Below are positions 1 to 8,477 of a stretch of 42,772 nt of DNA, piece by piece. This DNA is from a virus (Duplodnaviria; Caudoviricetes), in IMG/VR virus record IMGVR_UViG_3300022204_000183. The stretch is one strand, 5' to 3'. The notes beneath the pieces are model-generated. The model searched no databases and had not been told where the DNA came from. It was given only the letters and a program-made list of their open reading frames with translations. The position numbers and the translations under genes were made by a program. Each line of letters starts with the position of its first letter. Position 1 is the stretch's first letter.

Positions 1-1218
1 TCAACCCTTTTTGATATTGATAATATTGCCATTGTCAGAGGGGGTAACAGACTGCACACCTTCAACCCCAAGCGCGGCGCTGTCTATATATCTCTGCGTA
101 GTAGAGAGCGATGTATGCCCTGCATACTTCTGCAAGATAATTCCCCCGACCCCTCTTGCGGCGGCTTGAGTAAGCACACTGTGGCGGAAGAGGGCGTATG
201 GAGCGATGTCTATCTCTGCCACTTTTGCCGCCTTTCGGACTATCTTGTATAGCCGGGTCTGCGTGTATGGAGTTCCTGAAGGCAATGTAAATACATAGCT
301 GTTTTTAAGTTTATTTTTGCAGAGTTCCTGCAGTGTTGACAAAAGCTCGGGATGAATGGGGAGTATCACGACACCGCCGGTCTTGGTTCCCTTCTCTTCC
401 ATGTATCCATCCCCGCTGAACGCGCGCTGAACCGTCACCGATCCGCAGGGGAAGTTCTGCCTCTTGGAGAAATCCAGATCCATAACCTTCAGCGCTCTCA
501 GCTCGTTAATTCTCATCCCGTGCCTTGCCCCGAACCAGACTATAGGGCGATGATATTCCGGCGTAATGGCGGCGATGATTATATTCTGCGTTTCATAATC
601 GGCCCACTTCACCGCCTTCTTGGGAACCTTAACCGCCGGAAACTTCGGGCAAGTGCTTATGTATTCTCCATCGACTGCCCAGATAAAGAATGTGCGGAGG
701 GAGTCCACAGCGTTCTTCAGGTTTTTATCTTTCCATTTCAGGGGTTCGTCTTTTAAATATATCAGCAGATCGTTAAGGCTGTGCGCCTTGATGCTTCTGA
801 TATCGATGTTTTTAAAGTAGGGGATAAAACCTTTTTCAAAATATCTCTTTATGTCGGGATACCATGCAGGGGAAACACGTTCTTTGGTGGCGACCAAATA
901 TTTTTCCGCCAGATTTGTAAAGCTCCACTCGTTCTTTCTGCCAGGGAGATACTTCTGGGGATTGTGTTCGGGGCCTCCTTTTTCTTCAACCTCGATTTCA
1001 CGGCTGATCTTCTCTTGCAGGTCCTTTGCTTGCCGTCTGTTGGCCAGAACGACTCCATGCTCATCTGACGTTATTTCATATCTTTTTTTCTTGTACCGGT
1101 AGATTATCCTGTACCGCGCTTCCCCTCTACAGCCATTCTTTCGCGGATAGACATCGCCCCTCATGTTGTCAGTGTACGGTCTGTCTACAACATTTTGCAA
1201 GCCGGGGGTGGGATTCAT
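1..1218 (-). CDS. int: Tyrosine recombinase / phage integrase
   Basis: Catalytic motifs GMRINE (R), YALFRHS (H-x-x-R-like, first His replaced), AGHTSLSTTQRY (H...Y); SAM-like core region. Alternative start ATG at 1164. Confidence 0.92.
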   Translation of the reverse strand: MNPTPGLQNVVDRPYTDNMRGDVYPRKNGCRGEARYRIIYRYKKKRYEITSDEHGVVLANRRQAKDLQEKISREIEVEEKGGPEHNPQKYLPGRKNEWSFTNLAEKYLVATKERVSPAWYPDIKRYFEKGFIPYFKNIDIRSIKAHSLNDLLIYLKDEPLKWKDKNLKNAVDSLRTFFIWAVDGEYISTCPKFPAVKVPKKAVKWADYETQNIIIAAITPEYHRPIVWFGARHGMRINELRALKVMDLDFSKRQNFPCGSVTVQRAFSGDGYMEEKGTKTGGVVILPIHPELLSTLQELCKNKLKNSYVFTLPSGTPYTQTRLYKIVRKAAKVAEIDIAPYALFRHSVLTQAAARGVGGIILQKYAGHTSLSTTQRYIDSAALGVEGVQSVTPSDNGNIINIKKG

Positions 1219-1221
1219 CGT

Positions 1222-2181
1222 TTACTCTTTTCCATTGGCTTTCCCGGGATTGTCTGTGACATTGTATTTTGGCTGAAACCTCTTTATGAGGTAGGTTTCT
1301 GCAGCCCCCAGATACTCTGGGGAGACAGGAATATATGAGAACGAATCGAAGAGTTTTGTTTGTTCTCTAGAATGGCCCGATATACGGTACAAAATATTGA
1401 TGCTCATCCCGATATAGACGATCTCATCCTTATCCAGCAGAAAATATACGCCGGATATGACGGGCGAATTTAAAATTTTGTTCTTAAGAATAGTCTCTAC
1501 TGTTAAATTATTCAGAGTGTGATAGCTAATGTCAGATAAAACGTAAGCTCCTGCATGCAAGGCTTCATAGTAGTTGGCAATAAGCGCAGGCTCCCCAAGC
1601 GAAGGGCGTTCACTAATAGAATTATATGTATATCGAAAGGTTATGAGTAATGCTGTTAGCCGTGCTTCCCAGAAGGAAATTTTGGAACAGGAGCCAATGC
1701 ATACTTCATCAATATTGAGCAGGTTGCATCGGCTCCCATCGCGCGACACTTTAAGAATTTGTATATACAGCTTTTCTATGCCTTCTACTCTTACTCCGAA
1801 TCCATCTATTTCTGTGTCAAAATACGTTTCGTTTGTGTCTTTCCTGCATGGGATATCTGCGACAGCCTCTTTAGTTAGCTTTAAATAGTGAACAGCCCCT
1901 CTTTTGTGGACTTTATGTTTTATGTCTAGTAGCTCCAAGTGTGGCTTCCGCAATGCCTCAGACGGCTTTCTTGTAGCAGGAATGTCGTACGTAACGGGGA
2001 GCTTGTATTTTGCAGGGTTAAGGGGGACTTTAAATTCCGCTGCGGGTTCAGTGTTTGGCGCGCAACCCACTGGATCCCCGCTTTCGCGAGGATGACAAAC
2101 AGGGGGGAGGGAGGAGGCGCGGGGAGACGCAGAACCGCATGGAGTTTCCTCACGGGGAGTCGGCGCGATAATGTCGCGCAT
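1222..2181 (-). CDS. Fusion of an integrase arm-binding-like (DUF4102-like) domain and a C-terminal GIY-YIG nuclease domain
   Basis: KLTKEAVADIP...YFDTEIDGFGVRV...IGSCSKISFWEAR resembles Arm-DNA-bind_3; SGVYFLL...VYIGMS...RISGH...AAETYLIKRFQPKYN is GIY-YIG-like. True start uncertain because the N-terminus is low-complexity and contains a repeat copy. Confidence 0.65.
   Translation of the reverse strand: MRDIIAPTPREETPCGSASPRASSLPPVCHPRESGDPVGCAPNTEPAAEFKVPLNPAKYKLPVTYDIPATRKPSEALRKPHLELLDIKHKVHKRGAVHYLKLTKEAVADIPCRKDTNETYFDTEIDGFGVRVEGIEKLYIQILKVSRDGSRCNLLNIDEVCIGSCSKISFWEARLTALLITFRYTYNSISERPSLGEPALIANYYEALHAGAYVLSDISYHTLNNLTVETILKNKILNSPVISGVYFLLDKDEIVYIGMSINILYRISGHSREQTKLFDSFSYIPVSPEYLGAAETYLIKRFQPKYNVTDNPGKANGKE
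2070..2097 (+). repeat. 28-bp palindromic REP-like repeat, copy 1
   Basis: CTGGATCCCCGC-TTTC-GCGAGGATGACA. Confidence 0.95.
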
Positions 2182-2327
2182 AGGTGAGGCCGGCTTAGCC
2201 GGACAGATATCGCAATGTGGTTTTAAAAATACCCTGTCCGCCGGGAAAAAGCAAGTGGAAAAATGGGGAGTATTCGCATATCCGTATCAGGGGGGTAATC
2301 GGGTAAAATGCCGATTGAGGAGGAGTG

Positions 2328-2897
2328 ATGGAAAAGAAGGGAACGATACTTATAGTCGACGATGACGAAACTGTCCGCCACCAGGTGAAGCGGATATTTT
2401 CCGCCGAGTACGACATCATCGAGGCGGCGACGGCGGAGGAGGCAAACAGGATAGTACGCCACGGAGCAGGGGACATCCGCCTCATAATTCTGGACTATCT
2501 CCTGTCCGACAAGGGGCGGCTGACAGAGACAGGGCTCGATCTGTTTCGGGGATGGGTGAAGGATTGCCCGATGCTTCCGCCGGTGATCATGATGACGGCC
2601 TATCCGACGACGAACCTGGCGGCCGAGTTCTCGCATAACTACTCTGGAATAGCGTTTGCCGAAAAGCCTGTTCGCCCGGAGGTGCTGAAAGCGCTGGTTG
2701 AGGATTCAATACAGCGGAGCGGACGAGAGATGGAGTGGCGAAACCGGCAGTGCTATGAACTTATCCGCATGAAGGTCGGGGGGAGGATAAAGGACATTCT
2801 CCAGTCGATGAGCCCGGCGGTCGAGCGGATAGAGCCGCTACCACTTCGCGATGAGATTCAGCGGGGCCTTGATCGTATAGCCGGCCTGCTTAAATGA
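2328..2897 (+). CDS. Orphan response regulator (receiver domain plus short helical tail)
   Basis: ILIVDDD, IILD (phosphoacceptor), MMTAY and EKP are all intact; strong RBS GAGGAGGAG. Confidence 0.88.
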   Translation: MEKKGTILIVDDDETVRHQVKRIFSAEYDIIEAATAEEANRIVRHGAGDIRLIILDYLLSDKGRLTETGLDLFRGWVKDCPMLPPVIMMTAYPTTNLAAEFSHNYSGIAFAEKPVRPEVLKALVEDSIQRSGREMEWRNRQCYELIRMKVGGRIKDILQSMSPAVERIEPLPLRDEIQRGLDRIAGLLK

Positions 2898-3099
2898 TCT
2901 GATCGAGGATACGGAGATGCTCCATGTTTGGCGAGCGCATGGCCGAGCCCCATTTTTTCGCCGTGACCGGATGAACCCGGCACTTCTCGGCCAGTTGATC
3001 CCATGTGAGGCCCGCTTCCTGCCGTCGAGAGTTGATCTCTTCGCCGAGGAGATGGCGGTTTTCCGCGTCGATGTCGACAAGTTTTTTTCTTTTTTTCAT
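2890..3099 (-). CDS. XRE-family HTH protein
   Basis: INSRRQEAGLTWDQLAEKCRVHPVTAKKW...RSP Cro/CI-type HTH pattern; last gene of a leftward operon. Confidence 0.8.
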   Translation of the reverse strand: MKKRKKLVDIDAENRHLLGEEINSRRQEAGLTWDQLAEKCRVHPVTAKKWGSAMRSPNMEHLRILDQII

Positions 3100-3137
3100 A
3101 TCATGTGTTCCATTCCTCGTTTTCGTCGAAAAGTCTG

Positions 3138-3419
3138 CTATTGTACCCCCTTTATTATTGCGGAAAAACGGTCTGAAAAATTGTGTAGATTCCCTTGTCC
3201 GTCGAATACGTCCGGCAAAATAACCGCCCCGAGAATATTATCTTCGTCGATGAAATCTTGTGCTTGTGGATAATCCGGGAAATCAATAGTATCAGTTTCA
3301 GTTATGAGCAATACCCGGTTATATTCAATCAGCCCGTTTTTGGTTAGTATTTCCCATGCGTCTGTTTCTGTAATTTTTCCATGACCAATTAAATCGCATA
3401 TTTTTTGTATATCGTTCAT
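3138..3419 (-). CDS. Hypothetical protein
   Basis: 93-aa ORF with RBS AAGGGGG; co-oriented in the leftward operon. Confidence 0.7.
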   Translation of the reverse strand: MNDIQKICDLIGHGKITETDAWEILTKNGLIEYNRVLLITETDTIDFPDYPQAQDFIDEDNILGAVILPDVFDGQGNLHNFSDRFSAIIKGVQ

Positions 3420-3452
3420 TTTTTTATCCCCCTTTTTAAAGTTATTGTTTCC

Positions 3453-3680
3453 TTAATATCCAGAAGGTTTTAATAAATCCCCGTTATCATCTGTCAATTC
3501 AAGCCTTGCGGCATCCTCTAACGTGATAACAATCCCCTGCGGATGTTCATATCTCGCAGACAATTTAGAGCCTACCGGGTAGATTGTAGCATCCAACCGA
3601 GTGACCACCGAACCATCTGAACAGTGCAATACGGCAACATTCCCATCCTCGTTTATTCGACCGAATATCTCCATTTTCAT
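3453..3680 (-). CDS. Hypothetical protein
   Basis: ATG at 3680 (MKMEIFGR...) preceded by AAGGAGG, just downstream of a consensus promoter. Confidence 0.75.
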   Translation of the reverse strand: MKMEIFGRINEDGNVAVLHCSDGSVVTRLDATIYPVGSKLSARYEHPQGIVITLEDAARLELTDDNGDLLKPSGY

Positions 3681-3717
3681 ATCCTCCTTATTAAATGTTT
3701 CTCTTTGTCTCTTGGTT

Positions 3718-3748
3718 ACATGATAGCCTAATATGGCTATCATGTCAA
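3718..3748 (-). promoter_or_regulatory. Sigma70-type leftward promoter overlapped by a perfect palindromic operator
   Basis: Minus strand TTGACA-17 bp-TATCAT; 11-bp inverted repeat ACATGATAGCC-N6-GGCTATCATGT at 3718-3745. Confidence 0.85.
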
Positions 3749-4032
3749 GGGGGAAAAATAAAAAAATAATTATTTTTTTTAAAATACTGCGCATATATTT
3801 TCACACTTAAAGGTGCGGGGTAACTCTCTGGATTGTGTGTCTGCTTTCCCGTATCCACTTGGGTGACAGTGAACAGATGCGCAATTCCCTGCACACATTA
3901 CGCCCCTAATAATCCCATAAATATCATAAATATGGAATTTCCCTGCGCATTGACACCCCCATAATTGCATGTACGATATAGTCAGTGGGAAGCAGGGGGA
4001 AATAGATTTTTCGTGTAATTTTCGGTACCGTG

Positions 4033-4041
4033 TGGTATAAT
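4033..4041 (+). promoter_or_regulatory. Extended -10 promoter element
   Basis: TG-G-TATAAT upstream of RBS GGGGAGGAG. Confidence 0.55.
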
Positions 4042-4066
4042 AGGGCATAACCGGGGGAGGAGCGAG

Positions 4067-4201
4067 TTGCTGAAACGAATGCTGAATTGCAGGCTGATCA
4101 TGGCCATTCGGATCGGCTGGCGCTTTATGGCGTGTCTGGACGAGTACGACCGAAAGGCAGTTCTTACCGTATTGAAAATTGACCGAACTGTAAAAACTTA
4201 G
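4067..4201 (+). CDS. Small hypothetical protein (44 aa, TTG start; not in ORF track)
   Basis: Open frame LLKRMLNCRLIMAIRIGWRF...RTVKT behind a strong RBS and an extended -10. Confidence 0.4.
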   Translation: MLKRMLNCRLIMAIRIGWRFMACLDEYDRKAVLTVLKIDRTVKT

Positions 4202-4384
4202 CGTATCGTTTCGAGCCACCTTGCGGTTTTTTGTGGGTGAGCGACGGGGAGAAGGTGCAAATCTTCCTATATTCTGTCCGCCCTCAAAAGTTTCCACCTT
4301 GTCAAGAAATAGTGTTAATATGTCGATGTAAAGAGATGTCAAGGCGATAACTATTTTAACTATTCTGAAGGAGGTTCTACGCCA

Positions 4385-4726
4385 ATGAACACACCAATGA
4401 CGTTCAATGTCCTTTTCGAAAAGGATGGCAATGCTTGGGTGGGTCACTGTCTGGAGTTGGATATAGTTTCTTCCAGGGAAGATTTTGAATCCTCTATGGA
4501 GGAGATGGGAGATTTAATATCGACGGCGGTAAGCTACGCCTTTGCAAATGACAACTTGGAAAACCTTTACCATCCAGCTCCGCCAGAGATGTGGGAAAAG
4601 TTCTATAAGTGTAAGGGCCCAAAGGTAGACTCGCGCAAAGTTTTGGTTGGTCATAACTTCACAGACCCGAATCAAGGCAGGTTTGTACCGCCTGAAATTA
4701 CGGCGAACGCTTGTTGTGTCGGGTAG
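4385..4726 (+). CDS. hicB: HicB-like antitoxin
   Basis: FNVLFEKDGNAWVGHCLELDIVSS...EESMEE-like partial RNase H fold signature; RBS AAGGAGG. Confidence 0.75.
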   Translation: MNTPMTFNVLFEKDGNAWVGHCLELDIVSSREDFESSMEEMGDLISTAVSYAFANDNLENLYHPAPPEMWEKFYKCKGPKVDSRKVLVGHNFTDPNQGRFVPPEITANACCVG

Positions 4727-4961
4727 CAGGCCTCTAAGACTTCGAGAACTCAAAACCCGCCTGCAAGAGTATGGGGTGAGAATGATGCAAAATCGAGGAA
4801 AAGGGTCAGAGATGATTCTTTTAAAACCTGAAATCCCCGGCTCCAACAAAGGAGCCCAATACCCAATTAAAAACCACGGTCCCGGAACTGTAATAGGAGA
4901 AGGTACTATAAGTGCCTGCTTAAGGCGCTTTGAGATAAACCCGAAGGATTTCTGGAAATAA
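4716..4961 (+). CDS. hicA: HicA-like toxin (dsRBD fold)
   Basis: PLRLRELKTRLQEYG...RGKGSE...YPIKNHG...IGEGTISACLRRFEI; overlaps hicB stop; GTG start at 4716 inferred. Confidence 0.7.
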   Translation: MSGSRPLRLRELKTRLQEYGVRMMQNRGKGSEMILLKPEIPGSNKGAQYPIKNHGPGTVIGEGTISACLRRFEINPKDFWK

Positions 4962-5032
4962 AGGCACCTTGGAAGGGATCCGAAACACAGTTTAAGTGTT
5001 AATAATTAACAAAACGGCTCTGGTCGGCAGAG

Positions 5033-5359
5033 TTAAGGTTTCGGTCGTTCTGAATAGACCTTGATAATATCCGCAACCATCTTTTTATCTTTTTCAATTA
5101 GCCCCTTGAATGACTCAAAAATAATCTTCTCCTCCGGGGTGACGGCGAGCCGTTCCGGTTCCTCGCCGGTGAGGAGCCATGTCGGGTCGCAGTTTGTAAT
5201 CTTCACAAGTTTGTAGAGATAGTCAGCATCGGGTTGGCGCCGCCCTTTCTCGTAGTTTAAAACCGTGTTGAAATGCACACCTGTTTTATAGGCGATATCG
5301 GACTGGTTAAATCCGGCTTTTTCTCGCGCCTCTTTCAATCGGTCTTTAATATCAGTCAT
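5033..5359 (-). CDS. Phage repressor, XRE HTH (CI-like, no S24 peptidase domain)
   Basis: RLKEAREKAGFNQSDIA...YEKGRRQP...WLLTGE; divergent from the early operon. Confidence 0.88.
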   Translation of the reverse strand: MTDIKDRLKEAREKAGFNQSDIAYKTGVHFNTVLNYEKGRRQPDADYLYKLVKITNCDPTWLLTGEEPERLAVTPEEKIIFESFKGLIEKDKKMVADIIKVYSERPKP

Positions 5360-5400
5360 TTATATCCACAAACAAAGGAAACAAAAATAGATAAAAAATA

Positions 5401-5429
5401 TTGACAAACTCATACGCATGTGTGAGTAT
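5401..5429 (+). promoter_or_regulatory. Early rightward promoter (PR-like) with operator
   Basis: TTGACA-17 bp-GAGTAT with a TG extension; imperfect palindrome ACTCATAC-GCAT-GTGTGAGT at 5408-5427. Confidence 0.7.
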
Positions 5430-5734
5430 ATATCCATGAAGGTTGTGCAAACGTTCTCTGGGAAAGTTTCGGGGGGGAGAAACTGCGTGGACATCCTTGG
5501 TTTGCACAACTCCGGTAAGCACAAAGTAGATCCCCTCCTTTTTCTTTCAATTCTTATTTTTGCCACATTAAAAGTCATACAGACGCACGTCTTTCATCAT
5601 ATCAATTTTTATGTGTTCTTTCCCGTAAGATTTGCTCCTCGATTTTCATCAGCGGGATGGTGTGTGAAGGGCGCGGGGCTCGGCTTCGATTTCGGCCCCG
5701 CGTCTGATTATCAATCTATCGCATGGGGGTGTGT

Positions 5735-6418
5735 ATGAAAACTGGTGAAGGAAAAGCCAAAGGAAGTAACGGGAACGGGAACGGCGCAGGAGAGCGGCAG
5801 TCGCTCGGGCGCAATGCCATATCGGAATCGCCGGAGCTGGCGGAGGAGGTGCTGAGCCTGACGGGGGATATACAGTCCCTCATGCGCCGACTGATGACAA
5901 CAAAGAATAGCGAGTTGAAAAGCGCTGTCGAGGCGGAGAGAGCGAGGATCAAGGAGGACGCGGAGCGGATAGTCAACCGTTCGCCTGGTCTCTGCACGGC
6001 ATTCGCCGACCTGATAGGGAAATCCAAAACTCTTGTCTTGGGGAGCATGAGCCGTTTCACTCAGGCAATGCAGATGCAAGCGTCATGGATAGTTCCCCTC
6101 ACGCTCTTCTTTAAAGACACAACCCTGCTTGAAGGTATCGCCATGAGGTGCGGATATGGAATACACAAACTGCCGTCACCATCGGACGAGACGAAAGAGG
6201 GGCTGATGTTCCGCATGGGGAAATACGTCGGGGAGTCGGGAGTGCTCCTTCAAAAGATGTCGGACGCTCTTGAGGATGGAAAGATCACCGACGCGGAGAA
6301 GAGAGAACTGTATGCGGAGGGATGCGTGATAATCCGCCATCTCCTCGAGGTTTTGGAGAGCGTAAAGCTGATCGCCGAAAAGACCGAAGCGGCGCGAGTG
6401 CAGAAGGGGGAGGAGTAA
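5735..6418 (+). CDS. Phage regulatory protein, CII/CP76-like
   Basis: C-terminal ALEDGKITDAEKREL motif typical of the family; first gene of the early operon. Alternative start 5723. Confidence 0.65.
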   Translation: MKTGEGKAKGSNGNGNGAGERQSLGRNAISESPELAEEVLSLTGDIQSLMRRLMTTKNSELKSAVEAERARIKEDAERIVNRSPGLCTAFADLIGKSKTLVLGSMSRFTQAMQMQASWIVPLTLFFKDTTLLEGIAMRCGYGIHKLPSPSDETKEGLMFRMGKYVGESGVLLQKMSDALEDGKITDAEKRELYAEGCVIIRHLLEVLESVKLIAEKTEAARVQKGEE

Positions 6419-6420
6419 TC

Positions 6421-7125
6421 ATGGAGCGGATAAAGATATACGATCGTTTCAGGGGTGGAGTGATATACGAAGCAAGCGATAACGCCCGGACTATCAAGGA
6501 GGCGGTCGAAGAGGGGGTGGCAAGGGGGGTAAATCTAGCTGGCGCGGATCTGAAAGCCGCTAACCTAGAGGGAGCAGAGCTAAGTTACGCAAACCTTGCG
6601 GAAGCAAACCTGTCGATAGCGAACCTTAAGGGGGCGAAGCTATGGAAAGCGGACCTTCGGAAAGCTTCTCTAGAACAGGCGAATCTTGCGGATGTCGATC
6701 TTCGTTACGCGCACCTGTTCGGCGCATATCTTGGCGGGGCGAATCTTGTGAGAGCAAAACTTAATGGAGTTACTCTTGCGAGAGTCTACCTTCGGGGGGC
6801 GAATTTCGAGGGGGCGACGGGATATTCGGATTCGCTCGATGTGCTGATGGAACTCATCCGCCAGTTCCCGGTAACGACATTCAGCGAACCGGAATGGCGC
6901 GCGATAGGGATCATCGCCGTGCACAGTTTCAGCATTAATCGTATTCCTGATCTACCACTATATTTCGATAATGATCTCTATCCTGTATTTGAAAAGCTGG
7001 CAGAAAAAGGGTTCGGCGAATGGCTGTATCTATACAAAAAGAAACTGCAAGTACAAGTAATTGAAGTTGCCGGGGCGGTTGAGCGGTCCGGCGTGGGCAG
7101 TAACGTGACAGCATTGGAGGAATGA
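6421..7125 (+). CDS. Pentapeptide repeat protein
   Basis: Long A(N/D/K)Lxx pentapeptide array; RBS GGAGGAG before ATG 6421. Confidence 0.9.
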   Translation: MERIKIYDRFRGGVIYEASDNARTIKEAVEEGVARGVNLAGADLKAANLEGAELSYANLAEANLSIANLKGAKLWKADLRKASLEQANLADVDLRYAHLFGAYLGGANLVRAKLNGVTLARVYLRGANFEGATGYSDSLDVLMELIRQFPVTTFSEPEWRAIGIIAVHSFSINRIPDLPLYFDNDLYPVFEKLAEKGFGEWLYLYKKKLQVQVIEVAGAVERSGVGSNVTALEE

Positions 7126-7468
7126 ATGATGTCTCATCGTAACGGAGTGTCCGGCTAGGCCGGGCAGGTAACGCAATGGACGACGGACGGTCGACGATCC
7201 CTAATATATTAACCCTGCCATTGAGTGGGGTGGTGAAGCGACCGTCTGTCATTGATAACAGAGTATTAATAACGCCCTCCAAAGGGCCGGAGACGTCGGC
7301 TGGTAAACTCTCAATAATTCGTGGTGTTTTGGTTCAGATTTGTTTTCATTTTCTTACGGCTCTCCGGCCATTGTTTATAACGTGTTTCAGGGAAATCCCC
7401 CCTATGCAACTGGCCGGGAAGGTTGCCCCCATGCACCGACCCGGCCAGCTTTTTACCATCGGCTTGCC

Positions 7469-7496
7469 TGTCATCCTCGCGGATGCGGGGATCCAG
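7469..7496 (-). repeat. 28-bp palindromic repeat, copy 2 (inverted)
   Basis: TGTCATCCTCGC-GGAT-GCGGGGATCCAG on the + strand. Confidence 0.95.
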
Positions 7497-7519
7497 TCGC
7501 AGAGGCAACGGGGTGACGG

Positions 7520-7906
7520 ATGAGAAATGACCTTGAACATCAGCATCAGGTAGCCCTCATTAATTGGGCGTCGGCGCACGAGAATAAATATCCGGGTTTG
7601 CATCTGCTCCACGCGATACCGAACGGGGGGCACAGGAATAAGGCGACCGCCGGAAAGCTGAAAGCGGAAGGTGTGAAAGCAGGGTTTCCTGATCTTCTGC
7701 TCCCGGTACCGCGCGGGGAATATCACTCGCTCTATATAGAAATGAAAAAACCTGTCACGCGATCGAGCGGAAAGGGGAGCATCAGCAAGGCGCAGAGCAC
7801 GGTGATTGAAGAACTCCGGTCTTTCGGCAACGCGGTTGTCGTCTGTTACGGGTGGATAGAGGCATCCCAGGCGATCATTGATTATTACAAGGGGGCGGGG
7901 AGATGA
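7520..7906 (+). CDS. VRR-NUC domain nuclease
   Basis: HAIPNGG...LKAEGVKAGFPDL...LYIEMK PD-(D/E)xK pattern. Confidence 0.9.
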   Translation: MRNDLEHQHQVALINWASAHENKYPGLHLLHAIPNGGHRNKATAGKLKAEGVKAGFPDLLLPVPRGEYHSLYIEMKKPVTRSSGKGSISKAQSTVIEELRSFGNAVVVCYGWIEASQAIIDYYKGAGR

Positions 7907-8235
7907 GGCACAGCAGGGATAGTGTCGGCTTTGGGGACCCGCCATCCTCTTGGGAGCCGTATTACATGGACGAGGAGCTGATAGATATCGCGCACTGCGT
8001 CACATGCGCGCGAAAAGGTAAACAGGTGAAGGCGACAAACAGGTCGGGCTTATGCGCCGACTGCCTGTACGGGAAGAAGAAGCCGGAGCGGAAGAGGTGC
8101 GGGAAATGCCGGAGGCCGTTCATGGGGATGAAATCCCAGGACGACTGCCATCTCTGCACTCATGCTCGCCGTCATGCGTCGGCCCGGTCGGCAAAGAAGA
8201 GGTTCTTGGCGAACCACGCGGGGGCAAAAGGATGA
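7903..8235 (+). CDS. Hypothetical Cys-rich (Zn-binding) protein
   Basis: Four CxxC pairs; ATGA coupling to the upstream gene. Confidence 0.7.
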   Translation: MRHSRDSVGFGDPPSSWEPYYMDEELIDIAHCVTCARKGKQVKATNRSGLCADCLYGKKKPERKRCGKCRRPFMGMKSQDDCHLCTHARRHASARSAKKRFLANHAGAKG

Positions 8236-8477
8236 TAGCAGATATGTGGATGCTGGAAACAGGTATGCCGGGCAGATTGGATATTGCGGAGGTTGCTACC
8301 TCTTCGCGCGTGGTCACTCTTGGGAGGGCGATACCTAAGCTCGGCGAAAAGACGAAGCGGAAGATCATAGGAATAATGAAAGAGGCACTGGATCCCCGCG
8401 TACGCGAGGATGACAGGGGGGCGGGGAGGCCCAGCCCTTCCCGGTCGAATATTTTTGAAGAAAGGAAAGAGATATGA
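8232..8477 (+). CDS. Hypothetical protein carrying repeat-encoded LDPRVREDD
   Basis: ATGA overlaps at both ends. Confidence 0.6.
   Translation: MIADMWMLETGMPGRLDIAEVATSSRVVTLGRAIPKLGEKTKRKIIGIMKEALDPRVREDDRGAGRPSPSRSNIFEERKEI
8388..8415 (+). repeat. 28-bp palindromic repeat, copy 3
   Basis: CTGGATCCCCGC-GTAC-GCGAGGATGACA. Confidence 0.95.

Noticed and set aside
3883-3966. Imperfect direct repeats (TTCCCTGC..CATT..CCCC..TAAT twice; CATAAATAT twice)
   Set aside because: Short and degenerate; possibly regulatory but not supportable.
3779-4447. 222-aa minus-strand ORF
   Set aside because: No recognisable motifs, overlaps hicB antisense and crosses promoter-like sequence; likely spurious.
5418-5738. 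ORF as Cro
   Set aside because: No HTH pattern, the start lies inside the promoter, and there is no RBS.
7176-7523. 115-aa ORF
   Set aside because: No RBS or motif, and the region is better explained by hairpins; not fully excluded.
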